In this document: one piece after another, positions 43,211 through 55,916 of the stretch
Layout of the letters: each line of letters begins with the position of its first letter
How positions within the stretch are numbered: the first letter of the stretch is position 1
Assembly (NCBI GenBank): GCA_027923505.1
Contig: BROI01000016.1
Coordinates: forward strand, 558,001-622,000
Origin: Mayamaea pseudoterrestris
Lineage: Eukaryota
Length of the DNA: 64,000 nt
Reading direction: 5' to 3'
Notes under the pieces: generated by a model
What the model saw: only the letters and a program-made list of their open reading frames with translations
What the model was told of the DNA's origin: nothing
The model's database searches: none
Translations under genes and position numbers: made by a program

Positions 43211-46198
43211 CTACAAACCTGGGAGAGTCATCCCACTCGGCACGAGGACCTCACCAAGCTGAATGCGACCACCATATTTTGATAAGAACATGAAGCCAAT
43301 TTGCGATACCCCATTGAGGGAGATTGCAAAGTTGTTGCTATCGATGCGAAGAGTCACGCTGTCGCCTTGTGCAGTAGCCACATCCACGTCTTGGTTGACG
43401 GGGAACTCAATCGGATTCAAAATAATGGGCAAAAAATGATACGAGAGAATGGATTTAAGGTCCTCCACGTTGGCTGCATCCGTCAAGTAATTAATAGTCT
43501 CGTCCGGTAGGGCTGCAAACGCGTCATTGTTCGGAGCAAGCAATGTGGTGCCAACAGAAGTGGCGATGGTCTCAGTCAAGCCGGCGAGTTCAATTAAGTT
43601 GAGCAGAGTAGAAAATCTACTACCTTGACTGATGACGTCGATAATGTTCTGATAGTACCAAATTGGCGTCAGAATCGCATCCGTCAAGAAAATGGCTCCG
43701 TTGGACGTGAGGATGGGTGGTGATCGGACTGGAATTTCCTCAGCAAGCCCAGAATCCGAAGCAATTGTCGCAATGAAAGCGTCACCAGAGTCGTCAACTT
43801 TGACAGTGGCCTGTTCCCCGCTGTTAAGTTCAAGCACAGTCCCATCCTCCAATGTTTCCAACGTATCTTGTACCGTGATATGGTTCGACGCCAAGCTCTG
43901 CAGGTGCAAGAAATACTGTCGGTCGGTAACCAAAGTTTCAAGGTACGCCGCATCAAAGTCGGCAAACGCTGATACCACCGGAACAAACACAGTCTGAGCC
44001 GAGTTACCGGCCAGACGGTTCAGAATTTTGGCGTTAGTAAGAACGGTCAGAAAGGAGGTGGCATCTACATTTGATATAATTTCCTCAGCTATATCTCGGC
44101 CCGACACGCTTGGAGTTGGTCTTGAGGTTGGTTCAACTCTGGGAATGCTAGACGGTCGCGTAATTGGAGGAAAAGTAGGACTTGCCACTGGTGATCCGAC
44201 TGGCGTTGTCGTCGGAGCGGGCGACAGTGCGGGTGCCAAGGTTGACGCCGTTGGTGATGCGGGTATCTCAAAGCCTCTGGGCAGCAACACTTCTGGCGAC
44301 TCGAAGCGAATACTGTATTTGGTCAAGAATATACTGCCGACACTCGTCACTCCGTTGAAAGTCGTCGCTGCAGTATTTTCGGCGGATCGCTGCACGAGCA
44401 CCACAACATTGCTGCCTTCCACTGACTTGACCCTTACGCTTTGACCAAGCGGATACGCCAACGGGTTCACAATCTCGGGCAGCAAGTGATACGTCAGCAC
44501 TTGCTTCAAGGCATCCACATTACTTGTCAGATACTCGGTCACTTCTGGTGCCAGAGCGGCAAAGGCTGCATTATTCGGAGCAATCAGAGTCGTGCCTTCC
44601 GTGCTTGCCACAATTTCCATCAAACCGGCTTGATCCAGTAGCGTCAAGAGCGTTCCGTACGTGTCCGACTGAACCTGCATCAACGTGATCAAGTCCAAGT
44701 AGTACCAGACTGGCAGCAGCAGCGACTGCACCTTGTACAAGACGCCATTGGTCGCCAACTCGCCGGAGGATGGCAAGTTGACAGCATCGACGTAGTCAAA
44801 TGTTGAGGCAAAGGTGGCAATGACAAAACTGGCATTGTTGCTTGACTCAATGACACTTTGTTCCTGCGAAAGCATCGTTAACGCTTGCCCATTCTGAAAC
44901 GTTTCGTAGCTACCTTGCAACGTAATGTGATTATCAACAAGACTGCGCAAATGCAAAAAGTAGTCTTCATTCTCCAGTAGCATGGTCGAGTAGGTATTGC
45001 CAAGCACGTTGAAGGCATTGTTTCGGGGCGCAAATAGGGTTTGTGGAGTCGACGTGTCAACCACATTTTGGCGACCCGCCGCGTCAATGAACGTTACAAA
45101 TTCCGATCGGGAAGAGTCGTTTTTGATTAAATCCAATAGCGACTGGTCTGTTGGAGTCGACGGTGCTGTCGCAACTGGAGCGTTCGTTGGCGGAGCTGCA
45201 ACGGGCAAGCTGGAGAGAATAGTTGGAAAACCAGCGGGTGCAGTCGTCGCAAGGTTTGTCGGTCGAGGCGTCGGTAACGGCGCCGTAGGACGAGTAGCCG
45301 GAGCTGATGTAGCAACGGGAGCAGCCGTCGGCGCAATCACTGGAGCAGGCGTAGCAATAGGGGCGAGCGTTGGAGCCGCCACTGGACTTGGAATTGGCAT
45401 ATTTGACGGAAATGCAACTGGAGTAGCGACTGGAACATTAGTTGGGACGGCAACAGGAGCAAATGTGACGGCTACTGGAGTTCCAGTGGGGACGCTAACA
45501 GGAGCAGTGGTGACAGCCACTGGAGCAACAACTGGTGCATTTGTGGGAAGAGTCACTGGAGCAGCGGCAACTGGAGCATTCGTTGGAGCCGCAGCTAGAC
45601 TTGGCCGCGGCGTTTTCGGCAAATTTGTAGGACGAGGAGCCCTCGTGGGTCGAAGCGCAGTGTCGGTTGGTGCTACACTGGAGGCTGGAGCAGTCGTCGT
45701 CGTTGATGTATCAGTTGGTCGAGGCGTTTTCGGAGCTCGCGTTGGACGCACTGGAGCGCCAGTGGCTGGGAAAATGTCGGTTGGTGCATTCGATGCTATC
45801 GCAACTGGAGCGTTCGATGCACCATTCGTTGGACGGGGAGTAGTTTCCACTCCCGTTGGACGAGTTGTTGTTTCCAAAGGTGTGGTGGGGCGTGGCGTAG
45901 GATTCGTTGGAAACAAGTCGGTGGGAGCCGCGCTGCCTTCAGACGCTGGTCGAGGAGTCCGCGATGGTCTTCTCGTAGGACGCTTGGTCGATGATGATGC
46001 CGTTGGAGGAGGTAGGGAACTCTCCTGCAGCAACTGCTCCCATGACAAGCTGCTCGTGGTAAATTCGTCCGCGACGGCTTGACTCATGGTCATGACGTTG
46101 CGCTCATTTTGGTCGCGTTGGCGCAAGGAGCCATCGGCCTTGGCCAATGGCGACTTAAGTAGCAGCAAGAAACTTGCCGCCTTGATGAACCTCATCAT
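43211..46198 (-). CDS. Secreted fasciclin (about 4 FAS1 domains) protein with a long PTxAP mucin-like region
   Basis: Signal peptide MMRFIKAASFLLLL; TLFAPRNNAF, TLIAPNNAAF, TVFVPVVSAF, TLLAPNNDAF; paralogue of 35964-38780. Confidence 0.9.
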   Translation of the reverse strand: MMRFIKAASFLLLLKSPLAKADGSLRQRDQNERNVMTMSQAVADEFTTSSLSWEQLLQESSLPPPTASSSTKRPTRRPSRTPRPASEGSAAPTDLFPTNPTPRPTTPLETTTRPTGVETTPRPTNGASNAPVAIASNAPTDIFPATGAPVRPTRAPKTPRPTDTSTTTTAPASSVAPTDTALRPTRAPRPTNLPKTPRPSLAAAPTNAPVAAAPVTLPTNAPVVAPVAVTTAPVSVPTGTPVAVTFAPVAVPTNVPVATPVAFPSNMPIPSPVAAPTLAPIATPAPVIAPTAAPVATSAPATRPTAPLPTPRPTNLATTAPAGFPTILSSLPVAAPPTNAPVATAPSTPTDQSLLDLIKNDSSRSEFVTFIDAAGRQNVVDTSTPQTLFAPRNNAFNVLGNTYSTMLLENEDYFLHLRSLVDNHITLQGSYETFQNGQALTMLSQEQSVIESSNNASFVIATFASTFDYVDAVNLPSSGELATNGVLYKVQSLLLPVWYYLDLITLMQVQSDTYGTLLTLLDQAGLMEIVASTEGTTLIAPNNAAFAALAPEVTEYLTSNVDALKQVLTYHLLPEIVNPLAYPLGQSVRVKSVEGSNVVVLVQRSAENTAATTFNGVTSVGSIFLTKYSIRFESPEVLLPRGFEIPASPTASTLAPALSPAPTTTPVGSPVASPTFPPITRPSSIPRVEPTSRPTPSVSGRDIAEEIISNVDATSFLTVLTNAKILNRLAGNSAQTVFVPVVSAFADFDAAYLETLVTDRQYFLHLQSLASNHITVQDTLETLEDGTVLELNSGEQATVKVDDSGDAFIATIASDSGLAEEIPVRSPPILTSNGAIFLTDAILTPIWYYQNIIDVISQGSRFSTLLNLIELAGLTETIATSVGTTLLAPNNDAFAALPDETINYLTDAANVEDLKSILSYHFLPIILNPIEFPVNQDVDVATAQGDSVTLRIDSNNFAISLNGVSQIGFMFLSKYGGRIQLGEVLVPSGMTLPGL

Positions 46199-46452
46199 CC
46201 TATTTCGGTCGGCGCTTTGTTGTTTGAAAGATTGTAATTCCATAGTATGACAATTTGAAACGGTAGAATGCGTTACATCGCCAAAGGCGATCCTTGCGAG
46301 CAAGCCGAGCCCTGAAAGTCGGAACGGTACACACTTTAGTCTTGGTGCGACAAGCCGCATTCAGCGTGCCCGACCGCGGCCGCGCAACTCCCCATGACAA
46401 CAAAATCCTTCCTCGCTGCTTCGTCGGCAATGCTAGTGAAGCAATAACAATA

Positions 46453-49400
46453 ATGAATCAAGATAATACAATTGAAATAGAAGACTCGGACGATGATTCA
46501 TCCATTGAGTTTCTACAAGTCCGTCGCAGTCCGACAGCAGCAGCAAGACCGACCGTAGCGACAAGCGGCAGCAGTCACCACGCTGCAGCTACTCTTGATG
46601 ACTCTGACTCGAGCGATTCCGAAACCAACCAGCAGGAGCGGCAGCGACGAAGACGAGCTCTTTTGAACAATCGGTACCAGCCGCATTCAACGCGCGCGAA
46701 GGAAATTTTGTTGATTGATTCGAGTGACGACGATGATGACGAAGTCTTGACGGTGCATGACGATGATAGTGACGTAGAAGAAATCTTTGATGCAGTCATG
46801 CAGGACAGTGACGAAGCTGTTCATGATGAGCTGCTTCGTCATGGATTGGAGGCGGACGATGAAGCCATGGATGAATGTGACATTACGTCGCAGTCTGCGC
46901 CAGCCAAGGGAGCGAGCCACTTTGCCATGCTGGATATGAGTATTTTACAAGAAGCTCAAGGGAAGAATGTAGCGACGGCTGCTACACTAGCCGCTCCAAA
47001 CGCCACGCAGCAGCAGCAAGGAACGAATGACGATGGCGACTACGATAGCGACACTAGCTGGAACTGCAGTATTTCGCAATACGATATCAGCGACGACGAG
47101 CTATGCCAAAAGTCGGAAGACATGCTTGGCTATGACGATGAGGGTAATCGACTCACTTTTGAATACTGGACTCGGTTGAAGGCATTTGCGCAGCAAGCCA
47201 AAATTGAAGGTATTTCGTTCAAGGAATATACGCTTCAACGTTATGCGCAGTGGCAGGCAGAACGAGAGGAAAAGGCGGAGCGACGACGACTTGCTGCTAT
47301 TGCCATGGAGACTTCGGCTCGCGCCATGGAAATCGAAGCGCAGCAGCATGGGCAAAAGCCTGCTGCCCAAGCTCACCTTATGCAACAAGACAATGTGCTC
47401 ATGGAAATTGACGAGGAGCGACACAAGACGGCAAAGGTTTCCAAGCCCTCATCAAGATCTGTCAGGCGACCTAAAGAGTCGGCCGAAGTACGAGCCCTTG
47501 CGGACTCGCTCACTTGTCCACCCTTACAACCGTTTCGAATTTCCCAAATGAACAAGGAAACCAAGCCCAAAGCTCCGAGTCCGCTCCAGCCAAAACAGAT
47601 CAAGACGCACAAGAAGAAGGAAATTGAAGTTGAAATAGAGCAGACGTATGAGACATATGAACTTATGTTCGAAGACAAGGAGTTCATGACTGAGGTCAAG
47701 CACTTGTGCTCGCTTTACCTTGATCCAGAAACGAACCTTCCAGTAAAGAAGCTGACGCTGCACAAGCCTGGCTCGCACAGTACGTTTCTTTGGTGCGGAG
47801 TAGCGTTCATTGTGTTAGACGTTGATCTTACATTGTTGCATCGTGTACTCCTTTCTCAGACACTATGTACGATTTTCTCATCACGGTCAAGCCCTCCAAG
47901 ATTGCGAACGGTGGGTACGGAGCCTTTCTAAAGTACGTTGGGGCGCGACGGCTGATTAAGAATGCGTATGAGCGTGGGCGGCGTGCCATGAAGGAGTACA
48001 AACTTTGTGAAACAGAGGATACGGAAGCAGTTTTGCAGGCCGTTTCTGCCACGGGTCACGGAGTCGCCGTCAAGTTGACAGGCGATTGCTTGGAACACAG
48101 CAACAGTACTTATATTCACAAGGAACATAACACTCCTCCACCAAGTATTCAAAATGGAATCGGGTTGCTTGGCATGTTCACCGAGGATGACTACGAAGCA
48201 GCTCCGAATGTGACATTTGAAACAACAACCTACTGCGTCAGCCTTGGCTGTTACGGACCATTTCGTAAAGAGGATCGTCTCGACGAAGAAACGTATACAA
48301 TCAAAAATTATATTTTCGGCAACGGCCCTGCAGAATACGCCTTTGATGTTCCGGAGAAGATTTACCCATCTAACCTGCGGCACATCTGGCACGTTGAAAA
48401 CAGTCCTAAACTTAAGGGCCGACAACAAGTCATTGATATAACAGACGATTTTGGAATGCCGCATGAGATAGCGCGTAAAAACATTCCAATGTGAGTTTCT
48501 GTTAGTGCTTAGATGCCGGCAAGCCTTTTTCAAACCTGCCAACTGATCAATCTTCTCCCTTTATTAAAGGTACGTGAATGAATGCTCGCCGAGAATTAGC
48601 TTTGAAGAGTAAGTACCAACTCAACATGAAACATGTCTTGAAACTACTTGACATGGAATGACTCACCCTTGCGTCAACTATCAGGCGAAAGATTATAAAG
48701 AATGTGTTTTTGGTCAACCACGACGAGCGACGCGTTGACTATCTGATTTATTTGGTGCGTATAAAATTCTGTTGGCATCAGCTCTCAATGTTCGACAATG
48801 TATCCGCTCACACAAAAGTTTCTCTGTACCAAGGCTTACAAAATGAATGAAGGAGACGAGGAAGAGCTCGTCACCGAATATGGCACGTCATACGATGACA
48901 TGCGCAATCGCCAAAATTATGGTCCGAAACTTGGTGTGAAATCCGATAGTCATTTTCCCAGTCGATTGGAACGAGATAATAGTATCAGACGCAGCAGTAA
49001 AGAGCACATCGATTCTGTTGATAACTTTCCAGAACTAACGGCTTTGCTCGTTTGGGTTCAAGAGACATGGGAGAAGTTGTACAAACTTCCACAATTGGAC
49101 GACCGCCTCGTTGTCGCGGTCGTTCGGATCCAGGGGTTGCTGGAGCATTTCAAAAGCAAAATTGAAGCGCTTATGATAACTCTGGATATCGATCTCCGAA
49201 GAAGAGAGCTATATGGCTCGCTCGACTGGTATTGTCAGGTCGCCGCACGCTCTTGTCTTGATTTAATCAAGGATATGCGGATATCAGAACCTTTGTACTT
49301 CTACTCTACGAAGTCGTCATCTGCATTGGATGTTGCACTTCAAGAGACGCAGGAACAAGTTCTCTTTGCAGTTTCTGAGAAGGGTGTAATTTGGCCTTGT

Positions 49401-50503
49401 GAAGAGTCTGTTTGGACGAAGGCAGGAGGGCGGTTGCTTGAACAGTGCTCGTTGAGCATTGCGAAAAGGCAACTACAACTTGCGCGCGGCGATGCAGTGC
49501 AGCAGCAATTTGCAGCCTCGATGAGTGAGGCGCTGGAGTCACTTAAACTCAACGAAAATATGGTGTTCGAGTCGGGTCTGCGAGAATTTGACCGCGAAAA
49601 GTTTGTTTTGCAGGAGAAGATCGACACTGTGCGACGCGTTTTGAATGAAACAAAGCAAACTCGAGTAGATTACCGTCTCATTAACTGCCAGACCCCAAAA
49701 GCTTTGTTATTCGGAACTCTTGGTCAAGCAAACGCTTTGAATTTGGATTTCGATGAACTGTGTGACGCACGATTTATTATGACGCTAGATGGTGACATCC
49801 ATGACGGCGATTACAAGCCTCTCGCGAGTGTTCCTCAACTTGAACGCACCAGAGGATATACGTTTTGTAATGACTTGTGGTACAAAGTTTGGCAGATTGG
49901 GTAAGCTTGATAGCTCTTTTCACACCTTGACAAGACCTGCTGAGGCCATTGCTCACACGATTGTTTTCCAGTTTCCCAGTGCTTGTTTTTCAGAAGACAT
50001 ATCCTAAAGATTTACCTATCCAATTCCCTGTTGAATGTGTAGCAAAAAAGCTTGGAATTGATCCATTATTCCTCACGCATGCCATTGAAAGTGGAATGCA
50101 TACGTCTGCAGTCGACGTTGACCTATCCATCTTGCTCGACCACCATGCCGCAAGTGCCTCAACTAAGATTGAAAAACAAAACAATCGATACATGCTATCA
50201 CCCACCCGCAAGGGAATAAAAAGCATCGCGGATGTTGCGCGGAAACGATCAAGCAATGCGCCCGTGGAAGTCTACCGAGGACCACCAACCAGAAATATTG
50301 GCCGAGAATGGCCAGCAGGTTGGCTTCAAAAAGGATTTGAGCGACAAGGTGGGAAATTCAAGGGACATGTGGACTATTACTGGTATACCCCGGTACTGGG
50401 ACGGAAAATACGGAGCATTGCACAAGTCCATGAGTTCCTTGATTCTTTGGCACGCAACGGTGGAGACGAAGAAAAGGCATGGAACCCAAAGTTTGGTTCG
50501 TAA
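46453..50503 (+). CDS. Multi-exon chromatin protein: acidic N-terminus, divergent SET-like domain, C-terminal MBD
   Basis: VKPSKIANGGYGAF, PMYVNE (across an intron at ~48491-48569), EEELVTEYG; MBD-like WPAGW..RQGG..DYYWYTP..RKIRS; intron 47780-47859 restores the frame; later exon joins not fully resolved. Confidence 0.65.
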
Positions 50504-50741
50504 GCTTGGCTAAGGAAGCATTTAAAGTAGCTTTCTTTTGCTCTCCACTTATTCATACTCGTATGTAGTGCCGTAATGAAAAATCAAAGCCATAACGTGG
50601 CCGCGTCATCAGTTTACAGTCGTGCTCGTTCAATAAAAGTAATTGAGGATAGCTTTGTCGCACTGCATTCGGCAAATTGGTGTGTAGTTGCTCATTTACA
50701 ATTTGTTCAAACTACCTATCGCGTTCAACGCAAACGAACCG

Positions 50742-51851
50742 TCATTTCCCACACGGAATTTTAGAGTCTATCCAGGCAATCTGTCCACCAAAGTGTTCAG
50801 CATCCAGTCGACGGATCATTGCAAACAGCTTTCGCCTGGTTTGAGCATCCACATTCGTCGAATGGCCGCCGGCGCCACTTTCTCCGCGGCTGCCTTGTGG
50901 CGCTTGATCATTCTCAGCAAGGTTGAAATGCGACAATGTCATTCCACTATTGTGATAGAAGTAATCCAGCCATTCCTGCATTGACTCGCGCATGGGTACC
51001 GTCGTGACTGTCTCGAAACATTGTATCATTGTGCGATCTTTGATCCATGGCACAAGAGTGGCGAGCGCCAAGTGCACAAAGGTTCCATGCTTGCCATAGT
51101 GCCGTCGCATGACCCACTCCACGTAGACACGCAAGCCAATCTCTGTCGGTTCATGCGCCAGCAAGTGACAAAGTGAATCATACGACTGCAGCGTCAACTG
51201 CGGTAGGCTCGTGATCCAGTTTCGCCAGTCTTGATGATATCGAAGCGGCAGCGGATGAACGAGCTCCTGACCAAACTCGTTGCGCCAACACTCCATGCCC
51301 GATCTATGGTAGACGAATCCACTCAGTAAGGAGGAATAAATGTTTCGTAGAATCAGCATTGCCTTGACATCCGTTTTCGGCCATTCCGCAGTCGAAATGT
51401 CAATGGCTTCCTGTCGAACGAAAATGTTGGTGAAATTGTTTCGCTCAAGCCGTGGACGCAGTTCGACTCCAATTTTGCGACTCCATTCGTAGCCCATCTT
51501 GTGAGCTCGCGCCACCATGCGACGGCAACAAGTCTTGTTTGTGTAGTTGTTGTTGCAGTTGCATTGAAGGTTGATAATTGGTAGAGGAGGTAAATTGCTA
51601 ACATTGATGGTTCCAGTGAGTCGCCATTCGTCGACGATTGATTCGCCAAACAATGGAATATATTGCTTCAATTCAATCGTCTCATTACGAAATGACTTGA
51701 CATGATCTTTTGTAGCACTAGCATTAGTATTAGTTCGACTATTCATGAGCTGGAGCAAGTGAATGATTGTAACGCCGACGAGGAACTTGACGACTGATCG
51801 AGGGACGCTCCGACGACATGCGACGAACCGTTCCGCTGCCATTTTGGGCAT
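50742..51851 (-). CDS. Type II membrane protein, possibly sulfotransferase-like
   Basis: N-terminal TM; HKMG and ILRNIYSSLLSGFVYH motifs; weak assignment. Confidence 0.5.
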   Translation of the reverse strand: MPKMAAERFVACRRSVPRSVVKFLVGVTIIHLLQLMNSRTNTNASATKDHVKSFRNETIELKQYIPLFGESIVDEWRLTGTINVSNLPPLPIINLQCNCNNNYTNKTCCRRMVARAHKMGYEWSRKIGVELRPRLERNNFTNIFVRQEAIDISTAEWPKTDVKAMLILRNIYSSLLSGFVYHRSGMECWRNEFGQELVHPLPLRYHQDWRNWITSLPQLTLQSYDSLCHLLAHEPTEIGLRVYVEWVMRRHYGKHGTFVHLALATLVPWIKDRTMIQCFETVTTVPMRESMQEWLDYFYHNSGMTLSHFNLAENDQAPQGSRGESGAGGHSTNVDAQTRRKLFAMIRRLDAEHFGGQIAWIDSKIPCGK

Positions 51852-52364
51852 CACTAACAATGACTGCGTCTCTCAGGCGAAAACAGCAAGACCGCCACTA
51901 CGCCGCCTGCATCCGTCCCAGCCTGATGAGAGCAGCAGAGCCGTCGCATGATCGTTTGACGAAACGGAGGGTGCACGGTGCGCGACTTCGCGGCAAGGTG
52001 GTGTCTTTTCATACGTGCTTAGCGACGCTCGGCTGCGCCATTGCACCTGCTCTTTCGATACGATGATGCTGCAACAAGGTTTTGCCCTTCTTGCTTCTAA
52101 TTGACGCTTTAAACCAATCTCTTATTTCTATGAGTAGTCTTGTCTGCAATGCTGGACTTGATAACGTAGCAAGGAATGAAGGCGGAATGTCAGAACCAGT
52201 GTGACTAAATGGAACTGGGACTCAATCATAACTGCTGTGACACACACTTGACGTCGGAAGTTTCTTCGAGCGAAACTTCCAACGCAACTTTGGACTTTGA
52301 TGTGAGCCTGCGGTAGCTCGCATTTCATTATTTTCGATTGTTTCAATCGACTGATTGAAAGAGA

Positions 52365-53405
52365 ATGGCTCGAGGTTACAACAAGCGTGACCATGGCTGG
52401 ATAATTTCGTCAACGCCGCCGCCAGTTGATAGTGCAAATGGCAGCAGCAGCGACAAGCGAATGCGGCGACTGGACGTGACGCCGTTTCCATTGGATCGTC
52501 CCATTCATGTTTCTAGCCAAGTCACAATGCTTTCGCTTTGTGTCAATCGAAATCTTCGAGATGCAAGCTTGAGGAGCAAGATTCAAAATTACTACAAGGA
52601 GATTCTTTTGAGTGACATTCTCGAGCAAGTCGACGTGATTCATTGGAAGCTGCTGCATGTCAAACAATCGGACATTCAGCTCCAAGCCATTGTTCAAGAA
52701 CTGACTGGTTATTTGAAATGCTACTCGGATAATGTTCCGTTCATGTTCACCATGATGGTCCTTCTGGCTGGTCTCAAGGGCCAAGCTCGCTTGGAGTCGA
52801 TGCGCAAGGAACTTGTATTGTCGTTTGTTGCTTCATTTCTTTGCATCACGCAAGCTAACGAGTACAAGCTTGGAGCGCATTTTGTCACCTTTGTGAGCAA
52901 AAGTCTCGACGACTTTAATGATCTTCGTCGACGTCAAGTATGTTCGAACTGGAACGCTCGCTTTTTGTCGCGACTCTTGTGTTTGGACGCTGCCGAAGTA
53001 TTACTGCGCATGGCCAACGACATGAAGTCCTACACAAGCATTCGACCAAGCGAAAAAGAGGAAGGTGAACTGGCGCAGAATTCCATATATTGTCTCACTT
53101 ACGAAGTAATTACCTTCTTGATGCAATGCATCGATGAGGATGGTTTGCTCCGTCGCCAGCACCATTCCTTGCTGGCGCAACTAACCTTGGCGCGTCGCGC
53201 ATTGACGGCGGAGATCGATGACATTGACAATGATCTCGCTTTTCAAGTGGCGGAGAAGGAGGAGGCGGAGGGATACTTTGACTACAACGATGGCAACAAT
53301 GACGACCATGAAAACAAGTACTGTCGCGAGGCGCCAGGTACGACAATTTCCAAGCGAAGAGTTGAACGAAAGGCAATCATCTCGACCCGTCACGCGGTAT
53401 TGTAA
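52365..53405 (+). CDS. Hypothetical protein
   Basis: 346-aa ATG ORF; no recognised motif. Confidence 0.55.
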   Translation: MARGYNKRDHGWIISSTPPPVDSANGSSSDKRMRRLDVTPFPLDRPIHVSSQVTMLSLCVNRNLRDASLRSKIQNYYKEILLSDILEQVDVIHWKLLHVKQSDIQLQAIVQELTGYLKCYSDNVPFMFTMMVLLAGLKGQARLESMRKELVLSFVASFLCITQANEYKLGAHFVTFVSKSLDDFNDLRRRQVCSNWNARFLSRLLCLDAAEVLLRMANDMKSYTSIRPSEKEEGELAQNSIYCLTYEVITFLMQCIDEDGLLRRQHHSLLAQLTLARRALTAEIDDIDNDLAFQVAEKEEAEGYFDYNDGNNDDHENKYCREAPGTTISKRRVERKAIISTRHAVL

Positions 53406-54761
53406 TTTTGTATAACATGTATAATGAAGTAGTGTGGTACATTCCGCCTTAGTAAATGTAGTACGAGTTATAAAGACACTTTACGGACCGGTGGGGTATG
53501 GAGCTCACGAGCATGCGCAGCAGCACGTTGACTGAACAAAGTACTTCATTCAAGTGTCATTTGCTGTCCGATACTTTTCAGCTATGGCAGCTCGAGATGG
53601 ATTTAAAAGGCTCGCGTCCTTGACTCGGACAACCCTGCAAAAGCTTTCGCAGATGGCAATGTTGTCGTGAGGAAGACGCACGGAACATGACGCACATCGT
53701 TCTATGGCCCTGACTCGTGTGACGCATCGCTCGGATGCGAAGGCTTAACCAAATTATTATTGCCATTGGCTGCAATTGATTTCCAAAGCACTAAACTTGC
53801 GTACAAGAAGCCCCTTTTTCTGGACGGTTGCTGATTGAAAATGTCAATCTGTAATCGTGCTATGCTTGACATTCGTCATTATGTCTGATTGAACCAACCA
53901 TAATGTCAAGACAGACATTTCGGATATTCGGAACAACATTAAGAATTCTACGGACAAACGGCTTAACAGTGCTGGACAGCATAACCTGAATAAGCAGTCA
54001 TATGTCCCGAAGCCAATGATATTTTTCCCTTTAAATCTAGCAATTGATAGAGCAAGGCTTAAAGAATACAGGGTCCAAGTTTGGTGAAAATCGCTTCGGC
54101 ACATCTAGAGGTGCGCCAGCTGTTGTGATGGATTTTTGCAACCGGGACTCGTTTCGCCACTTTTCACAAGCGCGTTTCGCATCGCCAAAATGGACCAATT
54201 TCACCACCCAGCGATAACGAAGGAACGACAAGTGCTGAAAAGCTACAAACACAACGATCCGTTCGTATACACCCACAAGGTGATGATGTAATGTTGTACT
54301 TCATGAAAATGATGTAAATCAGGTCCCAGAGGCTGCATCACATTTGAGCCAAAACCCCATTTTGGCACCTTGGGTCATTAATATCTTTCGACACCATTGG
54401 TTGCTTGACGTAATGAGGGTCATTCCTGAGTCGTATTGATGAATACTCCATGATGAAAGCCCTAATTCACGAATCTAAACTTATTCAGGTTATGCTGTCC
54501 AGCACTGTAAGTAAAGGCAATTGCACTTCATGTCGGAGTCTTCATCATGACATGTTCAAAACACTTAACCGCGACCGCACAACCTTCTCGTCGCGTTGCA
54601 GTAATTTTTCGCTCCACAAAATTACACCGTCAGAACAAACGAGTCGCGTTCTTTACAGTTATAAAGCTGCATATACTCCAGCAAGATCAACAACATGTCT
54701 ATACTACAGTACTTGGAGGAGCACTTTGGCTGCGACTGCAACTTTACAATCATTTCCGACA

Positions 54762-55424
54762 ATGCGAAGTCCCTCGCATCCAGTCAGCCGCGCCGTGCAA
54801 CGCAAACGTCGGCACCAGCACAAGTCAGCCTCCTTTCCACCTAGCAAAGGCAGGAGACGGTCATGTGCACGACGAGCATCCCATCCGCAGCCCCCGCAGC
54901 CGCAACGAAAGCAGAGTAACCGGCGATCGACGAGTCGGTGGGAGGGAGCCGCCGTGCAAAAGGATCATCAACTCACGCCAGTCATGCGGGGCCGAAGAGC
55001 TATCGGCTGCGTGGAGCGGCAATGTGTCAGCGACAAGCACAATATGAGTCTAGACGACGTCATGGAAGGGCTTTACATTCAACCGGATTCACTGCAGGAG
55101 CAAGACTTGGTCATGAAGCTTCCGTCGCGCCAAGACTCGTCGCCCGACTTGGCAGCAGCTGCGGCATTATGCTGCTACACGTCACCGGAGCGTAGAACCA
55201 AACAAGACTACTTGCTTTCACAGCAAGGACGAAGACTATCGCTCTGTCACCTTTCGCCGCCGCAACCACTCACTAGTAGCAGCGACCATGGTCCCAGCCG
55301 CGATGTTCGACCACGCATGCCCGTCAAGACCAACTCGTCCACGTCAATGAACAACAGCAGCAGCACTTCGAAGCGATGGATGATTCTCAATAATATTGAC
55401 AGGGCCATGATTGGGACGCAGTGA
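54762..55424 (+). CDS. Hypothetical basic, low-complexity protein
   Basis: Part of a 324-aa ORF from MRSPSH; no recognised motif. Confidence 0.4.
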   Translation: MRSPSHPVSRAVQRKRRHQHKSASFPPSKGRRRSCARRASHPQPPQPQRKQSNRRSTSRWEGAAVQKDHQLTPVMRGRRAIGCVERQCVSDKHNMSLDDVMEGLYIQPDSLQEQDLVMKLPSRQDSSPDLAAAAALCCYTSPERRTKQDYLLSQQGRRLSLCHLSPPQPLTSSSDHGPSRDVRPRMPVKTNSSTSMNNSSSTSKRWMILNNIDRAMIGTQ

Positions 55425-55916
55425 ATTGTGAAACTTGACAGGAGCGTTACAACATGCTTGCATACCATAGTGTATCTGGAGCTAAAATATAACAACAACA
55501 TGTACTTTTGTAATGCTAACTGCGCCACCATGTATGCGCGCGTCCTTGTAAACAATCAAGTCATGTCAAACTATAACATGGCATTTTCCGGTAGAATACT
55601 AGTTGTCCATGATGCGCGTGTAGTAGGATGATGGAACGTGGTTTGTCTCGCTTGTAAGACTCGGAACTCGGAGCCACCGCTCAACGATTTAACTAGCTGG
55701 GAGTTGGCCCAAATACTGGGCGCACCATACCCCGCATTACACTCTTGATCAAACATGGCATCATATAAAGTGAACTCGTATCCTTGTATTATTTATATCG
55801 GTTCACTAACCACTAATTACGATCCAAGGTGCGACTACTGCTCGCACCCACGGTCGCTTGCAAATTTTTACTTCGTTTCGTTGTACTACTCGAGTCCTCC
55901 ACACTCTTCCCTTTGC

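Noticed and set aside
44997..46082. Gly/Val/Ala-rich + strand ORFs (also 37825-38580)
   Set aside because: Antisense to Pro/Thr-rich stalks of the fasciclin genes.
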